64,000 bases of DNA from Fistulifera solaris (Eukaryota). The stretch is from NCBI GenBank assembly GCA_030295235.1, contig AP026130.1, positions 868,001 through 932,000 of the forward strand, read 5' to 3'. Of this stretch, positions 11,743 to 23,680 are shown one piece after another. The notes beneath the pieces were generated by a model. It was not told the DNA's origin, searched no databases, and was given only the letters and a program-made list of their open reading frames with translations. The translations under genes were made by a program, and so were the position numbers. Numbering within the stretch: the first letter of the stretch is position 1; the number at the start of each line of letters is the position of its first letter.

Positions 11743-14700
11743 ATGGATATCTCGTTTCTGGTCGATCGTTTCTGCTTCATTAAGCTCGACGACGGAAATG
11801 AATACCACTGTCTCAAGTTTGACAACCTCGAACACTGTGATCGTGTCCTCAAGACAGCCGGTATCATGACAGATAACTTGATCGAAACGTTCTTTGCCTT
11901 TTCCATCGAAAGCATTGACGAAGAATATAAGAACGGACTGGCCTTTCTGTTGGATGATGATGCGCCATTGAAGGTGCTGGCTGTGAAAAACGAAGAAATG
12001 ACAACGCTGAGGTCACGAGGATATCTTTCGTATTCTCCAAAGACGCAAGGCATCTTGAAATCTCTCCGGCAGCATCTCACTTCATCTCTGAATGCTCGTT
12101 TAAAGCCTTCAGCTCGCGCAGAACCGAATTTATCCGTCGCCATGGAGGGCGTAGAAGCGACAAGAGCGGTGGATGACACTGTGCAGCCCACTTCCGAGCC
12201 AACTTTGCCGTCGACGTCAAATGACAAACCCAAGGTAGACCCGAACGATTCCCAAGTAAGTGAAGCTGACGTCTCTCAGAAAGCAGCAGACGCCGATTCG
12301 GAAGACAGAATGGAAGTTGATTCCGATGAAGCACCTGCCAAGCCGTCGACCACGGAACCGACGCCGGCGTCGGAAGACCAACCCGAGACAGACCCAAGCA
12401 CTTCCCAACAGGCAGATGAAGTTGGTTTGGAAGACCAGATGGATGTCGACTCGAACACTTCTGATCAACCAGCCAGCGACACGTCGACTCAGAAGAAACC
12501 TGCCGCGCGACCGAAGAAAGGAGCAGCGAACAAAAGAACGCCCGCAAGCCAGCACCGAGAAAGAGTCCCCCTTCGACATCCATTCCATCGAAGACATCGG
12601 ATGATTCGATTGGTTGCGTCACGGAAGAGGAGGGTCAAGAGCCCCAGGAGACACACCCGCCCAATCAGGATTTATCGAAGAAAGCGGCGAGCCGTTCCTC
12701 TCAGTCCAAGAAGAAAAGCTCCAGCACAAACGAACTTTTCACACCTCTGGTCAAGAATTGCTCAAAAGCCCCCAAGAAGACTTCACAAGAAAGTACAGCG
12801 GAGGAAGAGGAAGTGATATGGGACGATCCCATTACTTTTAGCGATCTTAAGAAGGACTTCGAGCGGGCTGGCTTTAGTTTCACCGGAAAGGTCTACGCTT
12901 TGCCGAACAAGCACCCTTCTGTTTGCAACGATGCCAAGCTTGGACGTGACTATTTCACAACAGTAGCTGACTTTCGTAAGCATCTGTGCGCCTATGGAAT
13001 GGACGATTGCAAGGATTGGGATGCCGAGACGCGTGAGAAAATTCACGACTGGGTGCGCTACCACATTGTCGACCGTAAAGGTAGACTCCCTCGATTGAGA
13101 CCAGCCAAGACCTACAATATCTGGAAAACTTTGACACAGATTGGATTCGTTTATCATGACAAAAGCTTAGGGCCTCGATATTGTTTTCCGGGGGAAGGTG
13201 GGCTTGAATTTGACTCCGAGGCAGCCTGTGTCGAGCACATTTCGAGGTATGGCTTCCCCGACAACTGTGACTTCAGTTCCGTGACAGACATTGAACGAAC
13301 TCGCATACAAATGATGGTCGCCGAAGCAGTTCGCGTCAATACCTTGTAAGTTCGCAGTGACTTTGCGATCTTGTTTTCTCGTCTTGTCTCACATCTGCTT
13401 TTCGTACAGTCAACCGATTGATCCGGACTGGGACTTGAATGTTAGCACTTATGGCAGAAGAACATCTACTTTGAAGAGGAGACAGACGACGAGTCGGCAG
13501 GATAGCATTCATTCGGTCACAAAGAAGCTCGAATACACCAACAGCGCAAAACGAGCCAAACTACAAGTGCCTGCTTCGCAGTCGACCGCCCCAAAGACTC
13601 CACCGCAGACCATGGAGACTTCGCAGTCAATTGATACGCCTAATCACATCCCAACGACCGTCACTTTGTCTCCCGAACCTTCGTTTACATTGCCCGAGTT
13701 CGGAGGTACTGATAAAGAAAGGTTGCAAGCGTGCTTGAATGCATTGAAGCTCCATCACTCTATCGGGCTATTGCGTTTCGATCCGGACGGGACGTCCAGT
13801 TTGCGGGCAAACCTGGCTCGCGTGGAAAACTTTCTGACCGGTGTCTTCAAAAGAGAAGTCAAGATTCTTACCTCTATGACGACGAAGATAATTCGGCATC
13901 GGCGGCTTTGTACGTATGCGGCCAACCAGGTGTTGGGAAGACAACGGGGGTCATGTATTGCTGTGATAAGTTGAAAGATGAGGAGGCGATTCATGGTTTG
14001 GACGTCCGTGTCGTCAAGGTTACTGCAAACGACTTGAAGGACTCGAACGATCTTTACGAGGCGATGGCATCCTCCCTCAAAACGACTGCGACTAAAAAGA
14101 CAATTATCTCGAAATTGAAGGTCAGGCAGTTTGTAGGAAAGAATAAGCCGGTTTTCTTGATTTTCTTGTTAGATGAAATCGACATGATGCTGTCAGCGAG
14201 CGACAGCGTTCATCCGCACCGAAAGTCAGAATTGGCTGTTAAGGAACTTCTCGAGTTTGCGAACGACCCTGGACTAAATTTTGCTCTCATCGGACTAGCG
14301 AATTCGACTGGTAATGATAAGTACGGAAAGCTTCATCAGCTTGGAAAGGTATGTTTGAGAAAAGTCGATAACAGCATGCGCTGCACATTTTCGTTCATGA
14401 CTAAACACTATGTCTCCTCCTTCACGCAATTTAGTTTCAAGAGGTGGTGACGTTTACCACATACTCGGCTATGGATCTCAAGCGTATTTTGGAAGTCCGC
14501 GTCGGTCATTCCGTGATTTCCGAGTCGGTTCTCGATGCAATTGCCAAGAAAGTGGGAAGCTCGAACGGAGATGCGCGTAAGGCGCTGGACGCTGCTGCAC
14601 GAGCGGTGACTGCTTGCCTCCAGAAAACGCCGGATGATGCGATGACTTACGGGACGCTCGTGAACACTGTAGATGTCATGAAACTCTTGCAGTCCTTCGA

Positions 14701-15097
14701 CAAGAATTACAAGGAAATCATGGAAGGTCAACCAACAGCTGGTAAAATTGTCATGTGCATTGCTTCGGTATTTGCTGAAAAGAACCGAAGCGTGTCGCTT
14801 GACGAATTGTACGAGGTAACAAACCAAGTGCTCGGCGCTACCGGCCGGTTAGACGATATGCTACAATCCGAAGATTTCAATTTGGTGGTCGAGAATCTGG
14901 TGGACAGTGGATTATTGAGAACTGGCGCAGCGGCGAAGAAGCGAGGGAAAAAGAAGAGTAACGAAGTTGACGCAAAAGCCAGCTCTCTCATTGAATTGGA
15001 AATTTCAGTGGGAAACGTACATGCCCTTCTCGAAGCGGAAATGAAAATTCCCTTTTATCAAACGCTTCGCGAACGAGCGGCGAGTAAGATGAAATAG
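11743..15097 (+). CDS. CDC6: Cdc6/Orc1-family AAA+ replication-licensing ATPase with long N-terminal extension; introns 13346-13409 and 14349-14434; frameshifts near 12535 and 13850
   Basis: Walker A ALYVCGQPGVGKTT, Walker B FLLDEIDMM, sensor-1 LIGLAN, sensor-2 GDARKALD, C-terminal winged helix (LVDSGLL). Both introns splice in frame (TFQPID; GKFQEVVTF). Start codon uncertain. Confidence 0.8.
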
Positions 15098-15173
15098 TTC
15101 TCACGTATTGTCTACCATCGGGACCCATTGATAGTAATTTATTGTATATTGTTAGTCTTCGATATCTTTTCCA

Positions 15174-15673
15174 TCATTTGCATGCGGTCCGCCGACCTAA
15201 CGCGCTCATTATTTGTTCTCGTAGGTCGAGACATTGTTCGTAGGAGCAAGGCGTTGCCCCAGGAAATGCTTCTATAAGTGATATCTTCTGGTCATCTTCT
15301 CGTATCCGCAAACAAACCACACTTTCAACCGCATGAACCCGTATGTGTTCTATGACGATGCAATCCAGAATGTCGCTCGCCGGCCAAAAACGGGGCACCG
15401 ACACATTGCGTCCGCGTTCGTCGCGTGTCACCTGTTGCAGGCCGAGTGGATATACCGCAATGACGACGTCCTTCCGTTGTTGCTTCGACGATAAAACCGG
15501 CTTGCATATGAAATAGCTCAGTATCAAAAGAGGCAATGCGCCAGGAACATCAATTCGTGTTCGATCGGATGAATGAAAAGGATGGCAACAATGAGGGCAA
15601 CAATGATCCAGATGATTTCTCCCGCAGCATAGTTCAGAGAGGGGGCCGCTGGAACCTTTATTTCCTGGGGCAT
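15174..15673 (-). CDS. PIGH: GPI-GlcNAc transferase subunit H (PIG-H/Gpi15)-like; one-base frameshift near 15577
   Basis: Two N-terminal TM segments, then VIAVYPLGLQ...RFWPASDILDCIVIEHI...LIEAFP. The duplicated copy upstream has the extra A that restores the frame. Confidence 0.7.
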
Positions 15674-16054
15674 GAAGGATTTGATATGAAAACTGAATTT
15701 TAAAAAGGAATATCTGTAAACAAAACATAAAAAAGGCAGTAGACTGGACAATAAGGGCCTTCATGCATTTATTATTCGCGTGAAAAATGATGCGCCTTTG
15801 GCTAATTCCGGGACTGAAAACAAGTTGGGTCACGCATCCCGTAAACTAACATTATGCCGTATAGTGAATTTTGATGGAAATCAACACAAGCAGGTTACGT
15901 AAAATAATAACGCCACAACAACATTGCTAAAAGCGCTCACAAGCGTGGCATGCTAAAATAATGCGCTAAACGACTTGTTAAGAGTTGTATAGTCTGACAT
16001 ATTGTTGCATAACAAATAGTATGACAATTGTTTTCGGGACTGGTATTATATAAA

Positions 16055-16238
16055 CTAGCCGCCTTCGGCGTCTAGCCCCTGCAGGGCTTTTTTCGTTCTC
16101 GCCCTTCCCGCAAGCGGGGGCTCGATATCCCCGGGGATAGCGTCACACCCGTGATTCAGACACCCGGGAGCGCGTTACGTTACGTGACACACACACACAC
16201 ACACGGACACAGCGCGCTATTATAAATAGATAGATAGA
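16055..16238 (-). mobile_element. Non-autonomous Helitron (184 bp)
   Basis: The minus strand starts A|TCTATCTATCTATTTATAATAG, followed by (TG)n. It ends with GC hairpins (AGCCCTGCAGGGGCT, CGCCGAAGGCG) and CTAG|T. A|T insertion context and no TSD. Confidence 0.8.
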
Positions 16239-16253
16239 TAAAAGCAGCACTTT

Positions 16254-16460
16254 TCAAGAGGACTTACGTAGCGTTCGATAAACCGGCTTGCATATGAAAT
16301 AGCTCAGTATCAAAAGAGGCAATGCGCCAGGAACATCAATTCGTGTTCGATCGGATGAATGAAAAAGGATGGCAACAATGAGGGCAACAATGATCCAGAT
16401 GATTTCTCCCGCAGCATAGTTCAGAGAGGGGGCCGCTGGAACCTTTATTTCCTGGGGCAT
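16254..16460 (-). pseudogene. Truncated duplicate of the PIG-H N-terminus
   Basis: MPQEIKVPAAPSLNYAAGEIIWIIVALIVAILFHSSDRTRIDVPGALPLLILSYFICKPV, then a short unrelated tail and a stop. Confidence 0.7.
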
Positions 16461-17054
16461 GAAGGATTTGATATGAAAACTGAATTTTAAAAAGGAATAT
16501 CTGTAAACAAAACATAAAAAGGCAGTAGACTGGACAAGGGCCTTCATGCATTTTCGCGTGAAAAATGATGCGCCTTTTGCTAATTCCGGGACTGCGTTAA
16601 TAAGTTGGGTGACGCATCCCGTAAACCAACATTATACCGTATAGTGAATTTTGATGGAAATCAAAACAAGCAGCTTACGTAAAATAATAACGCCACAACA
16701 ACATTTTGCTAAAAGCGCTTACAAGCGTGGCATGCTAAAATGCGCTAAACGACTTGTTAAGAGCTGTAGTCTGACATTTTGTTGCATAACAAATAGTATG
16801 ACAATTGTTTTCGGGACTGGAATTTTATAAATCACGCCTCACTGAACCTACACTATAGATGATACGCGAAATTCCATGTACACTTTAACGTTATACTAGC
16901 TGCACGAAAGTCATCATAGCACGACAAAAAACCCACACAATAACGCAACAGCAAAACGCAGCATCAACAACAAACGCAACTAGATAGCTTGTATATCAAG
17001 TGCAATACAACAGATAGATACCAATCATAGCTCATTATACTGAAAACATCAATA

Positions 17055-17695
17055 ATGAGCGACGAGAACACGAAAAGGGAGCCGTTGCTGTTGAAGAGTA
17101 TGACTGGTTGGTTCCCCTCACACCACAATTTACTGGAGTTTTTGCAAGAACTGGAGTTGAAATCTCCCGACGGAAGACACCTCATCAATTACGATGTCGC
17201 GGAACGCGTTGCTTCCTTCTCACCGTACCTAAAGTAGACCCGAATCAAATCCAAGTCGTCGGTTGTTCCTCGAGTGACGGCTCGCATCCCATTTCCGATT
17301 GTCTTTCACCGAGTGAAGACACGTGGTGGATTTCGGGCGCCGAATCGATGCCCGGAGGGAAAGGATCCGAATTTGTGGAGTTCCAATTACATCCCACCAA
17401 TATACGACGCTTGTCTCGTGTGGGCATTCATATACCACCATTGCCTCAGGGACCGCTGTCGGTACGCGATTTTGTCATTCAAGCGTTCGATGGGACTGTG
17501 TGGGAGACCATTTCTCCCACGTGGCGATGTGAGAATGTTCCGGAGATGCAGTACTTTGCCTTTGATTCGCCTGGCGTCGATGTGCAACTGCTGCGCGTCG
17601 TCTGTCTTTCCAATCAGCTGCATGAATTTTACAACAATCGTTTGGTGACCTTTAATTTCAATCGAGTGGGATTCTATTCCGTGGCGTTTGAGTAA
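17055..17695 (+). CDS. Hypothetical protein with galactose-binding-like beta-sandwich domain; frameshift near 17232
   Basis: ORFs 17055-17237 and 17108-17695 join. SSSDGSHPISDCL...WWIS...EFVEFQL...RDFVIQ...LRVVCLSN is a jelly-roll-like pattern. Confidence 0.55.
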
Positions 17696-17860
17696 TAACA
17701 GTTTTTGATTTCGAACGAGTTTGCATGCTACTAATATCATGTTGCTAATTTCGTAGAGTTTGGATGCAACTATTTCATGTTGCTGTAAGCATGTCAGATG
17801 ATTATATCCTGACCTAATTTTCACAGTTTAAAACTACTCCGTACTTGTTAATTTCCATTT

Positions 17861-19214
17861 CTAACTATTTCGCATTTCCTCCGAAAGCGCAAACAGTCTA
17901 CCCTCTCGAACAGGACAAATAACATATTCATCCACAAATGGATCTTCTTCTCGTTTGGTATTCACTTCGTGTAGTATTACAATGGCATCTCCTTGTATGT
18001 CTTTCGGCAAGAGTGTCGTCCCTGTTTTGGTAAAAAGATTTCTCCGCCCTCGTTCGGTGTTTCACACAACACCAAAACACTTGCCAGTACATTGGCTTCG
18101 TCCGCCAAATTGACGCGTATCATGGAGTCATCATTTCCTAGGTCAGCAGGACGGCACGTCGTGGAACCATCCGAATCAATGCTGCAATCTTCTTGTTTCT
18201 GGGTAGGCTCCATCAAACGCACTTGCATCAGCGGATCTTTATCAATGTTGGCGGTCATTTCCGTAGCATACGATACCAGTTGTTCTACTTTTTCCATGAA
18301 GAGGCCCACCAGTTTATTCGAAGACTTGGTTTTGCGGGGCAGAGCATTATTTGTTACCGCTTGTCGGAGGGCATGACACTCGGACCCCGTGACAAATTGC
18401 TGCACACGCAAAATTCTACTATAATCCGATTCAAACAACTTTTGCGTTTTAAATTTCTGTTTTTGTCCCCTGACAGGTTGAAAAGTCCAAGTCGAATTGA
18501 CAATCGAAGTAGTGGTGGTCGTATTCATGGTATCGCGACACGCGTATTGACTCCACGAACGTCCCATTTGTTTTCGCAATTGACTTTGAAATTGAATTTC
18601 GTCCGCCGTTTCTTGCATCGAAATTGCCAGTTGTTCTTCCATACAATCGGCAAGTCGATCGATTTTTGCCTTGTCACTCAACGAAGTGTCGTCTTGTACG
18701 GATTGTTGACATTCGTCGAGGGCTTCTTTGGCTTTTCTCCGGGCCCGTGTTTTATGATCTTCGACGGTCACAACAAAGTTCTCATCGACAATGAAAACTG
18801 AATAACGCAAGGAGGATTTGAATGAGTAAGGAATATGTCTTAATTATGACTCCGGAAACCAGACTTACTTTGATCTTCATTCGCACTGACGGTGAAATAA
18901 GCTTTGCGACATTCGGCTTCCTTGCAACTTCCGGTCTTTTTGCTGGGCAGTTCTTGCACTTCAAACGAATGCGTCACATACGAATTGATGGAACTATCTC
19001 CTCCATTGACCAATCCGCCATCGGTATTGGAACCCGCCAATTCTTTCGTTTGCGGATGAATCCAGAAAAAGTCAATTTTACAGCCCGCTCGATTTTGTAC
19101 GACAATGTTGCGCGACGAAGGATTTCCGTCTTTGCGGTATCGCGCCGTGCCAGGAGAGATGTGACTCAAGAATAAGATGGTGCTAAAAAGAAAGTTAGTA
19201 AATCGATTCATCAT
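17861..19214 (-). CDS. Secreted protein with VHL-like N-terminal domain and degenerate prolyl-4-hydroxylase-like C-terminus; intron 18798-18868; frameshift near 18030
   Basis: Signal peptide; VVQNRAGCKIDFFWIHP...SYVTHSFEV; FVTGSECHAL...ASVLVLCETPNEGGEIFLP. Intron splices as DQ-IFIVD. Confidence 0.6.
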
Positions 19215-19784
19215 GGTGATTGGTTGTTTTATGACCTCGGTTTGATCGGTTGCGTTGAGCGACGCGATGATGATGGCAATGCGAACTGTGACCTTTTGCA
19301 ACGGTCCGGCTTTTTTCTTTTTATGCCTAGCACGCGATGACGTACCGGTACCTGGTATTTAGTATAGCACACGCTTGGCCCTGCTTGTTGCTTCAACTTT
19401 ACCAAGACTGAATTTCAGTCGTCGCTTTCATGTTTGTGTGTGTATGACCTTGCATAGGGTTTCTACTTACTCCTTTGGATCTTGAATCTAGACCTTAGGT
19501 TATCTACAAGCTTGTTGAGCTGCATTTGTCACGATACAGTACTCGATAGAACTACCTTTAGACAGCAACTGCAATGCACGGGTGTATGTGAGATGTTCGG
19601 TTATCCCGTACGTTAATGGAGTGAGACACTTCACATTCTACGAGACGACCGCACGCACAGCAACGACACGGCCATTTTTGATGATTCATATTCATTCATT
19701 CATTCATTCATTGCTCTCTCACGTTTCCTGTCATTGCTGCAATCGCGTCTGGATTCGATTCTACTACTTCTTCCTTCTCGTAGA

Positions 19785-21085
19785 ATGACACAAAAGATTC
19801 GTTTCCGTACGAATTCGGTGGTCCCATTGGTACCGGCTTGAATATTCTCTTCCTTCCGGTCCTCATTCTGTGTTTGACGCACTGGAGTGCCGTCGGATCG
19901 GTCGATTTCACAACACTCCCATGGACGACGAATGTCGATACTCTGGCGAAATGTATTGTGGGACTTGTGACGTGGTTTCTCTTTCAAGTGCTACTGGAAC
20001 GCCTGTTGCCCTGCAAACTCGTACAAGGAACGCCCTTACAAGGCGTCTTTGCGGCGCGGAAATCGATTTCTACGCAAGAATGCCTCGAATATCGCATCAA
20101 TGGCCATTTGGCGTTTTGGGTCACCTTTCTAGTGTTGCAAACGGGCTGGATCGTGAAACACGAAGAGAGTGGGACCTGGCAATTCACCTCCTTTCCGCTC
20201 AGTGGTCTGTACGATGTCACGGCCGAATTGGCGTTGGGGACCTCGATTCTCTGTTTCGGATTGAGTGTCTATCTGTATTTGACATCGTTTATCGGAAACA
20301 AACGATTGGCTGTTCCCGGAACGTCGGGAAATGTCGTGTACGATTTCTGGATGGGACGGGAACTTAATCCCCGCATTGGCAATTTCGATTGGAAAGAATT
20401 TTGTGAATTACGACCGGGTCTCATGGGATGGATGATTCTCAATCTAGCCTATTGTCAAAAACAAAAAGAAGTACTGGGATATGTTTCGATGAGTATGATG
20501 TTATTGCAATGTTTCCAAGGATTCTACGTGTGGGATGCCTTGTATCAAGAAGAAGCGATCCTCACGACGATGGATATCACCACGGATGGTTTTGGTTATA
20601 TGCTCGCCTTTGGAGACCTGGCGTGGGTGCCGTTTACGTACACGTTACAAGCTCGTTATTTGGTATTGCACGACCCACAATTGAGTATCACGGCGCTGTT
20701 GGCGATTCTCGTTCTTCATATCGTGGGGTATGTCACATTCCGCGGAGCCAACGGGCAGAAAGATATCTTTCGAAGAAATCCCGAAGATCCCGCTGTGGCG
20801 CACTTGACGTATCTGAAAACAAAACGCGGTACAAAACTCTTGACGAGTGGCTGGTGGGGTATGGCTCGAAAAATTAACTATACGGGCGATTGGATCATGG
20901 GCCTTACATGGTGCATGGTGTGTGGATTCAATAGCATCGTACCATACTTTTACGCCATTTATTTCTTGATTCTTTTGATCCATCGATCGATTCGCGATGA
21001 TCATGCCTGTCAGGAAAAGTACGGCAGCGACTGGGATGAATACAAACGAAAAGTTCCGTATCGATTTATTCCCGGTCTGGTATAA
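19785..21085 (+). CDS. ERG24: Delta(14)-sterol reductase (ERG4/ERG24 family); 5' end uncertain
   Basis: YEFGGPIG just upstream of the listed ORF; YDFWMGRELNPRIG, ELRPGLMGW, TTMDITTDGFGYMLAFGDL, LLTSGWWGMARKINYTGD and KYGSDWDEYKRKVPYRFIP. Confidence 0.92.
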
Positions 21086-21138
21086 CTTAAAAAAGTTAAA
21101 GAAACAGTTTTCTTTAAACGTTTCGTCGTTATGAATTA

Positions 21139-22929
21139 TTACAAAGTTTCGGCTACTTTCATTATGCGACTTTTCCATGCTTCCATGGTGATCCCGCTTG
21201 CAGGAAGAGGCAACAATGATTCATCGGCGGGGCTTTCTCGGGCAATACGGATCATCGACGCAAGAACTCCCGGATGGCATGCTACGCATCTTTGATTACC
21301 GGGATTATTGGAGAGAACCCATAGGATCTGCATCGCCGGAGCATGCAAAGTTTGCCACGTAGTCGCCCGGACAATGGCTGACAAGAAATGCGGCTCGCGT
21401 GTCAACCGCGACCATAAACATTCATCGTGGCTGTAGGAAATGGCCATCTGGCGGAATGCAAAAAGTATAGTTTTCGAGGTATGCAGAGAAGGTGACGGAT
21501 GAACAGATATGACTTGCGACATGCAGTCGATCAATCCAACAAAGTCATGGATAACCAAATCAGCGGCTGCGCGATGTTCTTGTGCTATTTGCTCGAGAAG
21601 GCGGGAAATCATTTCGATTGTTCGATCCACAACTTCGTTGTCGTGAGGAATGACTAACAATGATTTGCAGATTGCTATCAAATCACTGCGAGATATTAGC
21701 ACTGTGTTGTCTCTCGTCAACAAAACGTACAATATCGGCAGGAGAACACACGCGGCTTCTCGGCTGGATTGCACGGTGCCAGCTAACGGAGTTGCGTCAA
21801 GATCGTCATTTGCATTGCCGTTTGAAGGAGAACCTACGAGTGTCTTTCGCACAAGCAATGAAATCAAGTCTTGAACCTCGGTTCTGCTCTTTATTGAGGT
21901 AAGCACCTGATCTATTCCTTTAGTTCTATTTGTTTCGGCTCCAACGCCGTTTGACCAAAACAAATCGACGGCGGGAAATGTCAAGCCGAAAAATTGCTCG
22001 AGAACTGCACTGATATCAAGAGAGCACTGACCGATCTCACTAGAAAAGTCCTTTTCATCACACACTTCTCTCTTTCTCGATACCATTACTGTCAAAGCCG
22101 TTGGTTCTTGCGTGCCGATCACGTTCGCTTTGGAGTGTTTAGAAAGCCTTTGTTCAAGCTGGACTAGCAGATTTTCTCTAGTCGATTTGGTTTCGATGTC
22201 TTCATGGTTGACACAGGTTAAACTTTTGATGACAAATGAGATATATGCACTTGAAATTCGACGTTGTAAATTGCATTTTTCAGCGGAAGATCCGGTAGGT
22301 TTCAAGATCGATGTAGCCATTTTCATGTGAGGGCATCCCAGTTCGTTCCAACACCGCCGAGGCCATCGTTCGATACTAAAGTCCAAGCTTTCATCTAAGT
22401 ACTGTGTGCTAATTGAATTCAACCGTAGGATTGATGGCAGAAGGAGACTCAGCATCTCTTCCCGTTCTTCAACCGATAGAAATTGGCCGTCGAACTGCTT
22501 GTGTACAGAAACCAGGGCTTTTGTCATATCTTTTATCAACAAGTAACCTGTTTCAACTTCATTTTCTCGAACACGATTTTGGTGGGCGTTGTTCGAGTAA
22601 ATCGCATTAATATGGGAAAAATGGTCGAGCAAAGTTCGACAATGATAAGAAATCGACAGTAACAACAGGTTGCTCATGATCTTGACGGAATATTGAAATC
22701 CTGACCACTGCAACGGATTTGAGGCTTGTTTGAAAGTGTCGATTACACGAAGAAGCTCATCTGATCGTTTTAGCACTTTGTGGAAGTCTTCTTTTCTACG
22801 AGACCCCTCAAAGATCGCCAGGGGCAGATCTCGGCTCAAGTCGGCCACATTGTAATACAAGTCCTCCGTGAAGATTCTATCCTGTCGAATGCAGTTTGTT
22901 ACTCGACGCGTCTGGCTGTACGAAGCCAT
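21139..22929 (-). CDS. Hypothetical protein with ARM-like helical C-terminus
   Basis: Uninterrupted 596-aa ORF; AMQILWVLSNNPGNQRCVACHPGVLASM is an ARM-like repeat. Confidence 0.65.
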   Translation of the reverse strand: MASYSQTRRVTNCIRQDRIFTEDLYYNVADLSRDLPLAIFEGSRRKEDFHKVLKRSDELLRVIDTFKQASNPLQWSGFQYSVKIMSNLLLLSISYHCRTLLDHFSHINAIYSNNAHQNRVRENEVETGYLLIKDMTKALVSVHKQFDGQFLSVEEREEMLSLLLPSILRLNSISTQYLDESLDFSIERWPRRCWNELGCPHMKMATSILKPTGSSAEKCNLQRRISSAYISFVIKSLTCVNHEDIETKSTRENLLVQLEQRLSKHSKANVIGTQEPTALTVMVSRKREVCDEKDFSSEIGQCSLDISAVLEQFFGLTFPAVDLFWSNGVGAETNRTKGIDQVLTSIKSRTEVQDLISLLVRKTLVGSPSNGNANDDLDATPLAGTVQSSREAACVLLPILYVLLTRDNTVLISRSDLIAICKSLLVIPHDNEVVDRTIEMISRLLEQIAQEHRAAADLVIHDFVGLIDCMSQVISVHPSPSLHTSKTILFAFRQMAISYSHDECLWSRLTREPHFLSAIVRATTWQTLHAPAMQILWVLSNNPGNQRCVACHPGVLASMIRIARESPADESLLPLPASGITMEAWKSRIMKVAETL

Positions 22930-23680
22930 GGTTCAGTATATTCGATGTTGCGACTGGACTCGCTGATGAAAGTGTTTGTCTCTCGCAGATCATCTTCATA
23001 TTGTGCGATGTATTTCTCGTTCCGTCACATAAATTCCACATAGCCGTTCGGCGGAGTGGGCGACCTTTTCTCCTCGCCAATTTCGACTTCGTAGCGGTAC
23101 ACTACACTAGCTCTTTGTGTACTTTCTGCAGTACCGGTTGAAGCGTCTGTCCCGGGAAATGCCATCCGATTTTGAGTCACGAATTTCTAGCAGGGTCCAG
23201 TCTGTCCGTGCGTCCTCCTGTGACTTTCGTCATCCCCACTGCGACGCTTATTACCGCTTCGACAAACGCAATAGATATAGAGTCTATACTAGAAGCTTGC
23301 TTCTTTGTAGCCTACTGTCGACCGGCACTCATTTTTGCCCAATTTTGCCCATGGGTTGCCGCCCATGAGCTTTTCGCATTTTTGCATCTCGATTATTTCG
23401 CAAGCGAGTGACATTGCTAGACGGTTTATCGGTTATTTGAAGTTAACTTTATACAAACATGATCCCTTTTACTGCGACTGTGATGTGTGCCAACAGAAGC
23501 TGGCAGTTTTACGCTTAACGCTCGTTATAACCGTCTATGATTGGCGACCATCCTCGCGTGATACATGCATGCCGCACACCAGTATCTGCTAGCTTTTTCT
23601 CTCGACCGTAGTTCCTTCACTCGGCTGTCCAGTGACCTTGGAGGTCAATAAAGAGAGTGTTTTTTATTGCAGTAGACTAA

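Larger units (their letters stand above)
15489..16831. repeat. ~560-bp direct duplication (15489-16054 and 16276-16831) of the PIG-H 5' coding region and upstream DNA
   Basis: Near-identical sequence from CGATAAA(A)CCGGCTTGCATATG to TCGGGACTGG...ATAAA, with scattered substitutions and small indels. Confidence 0.95.
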
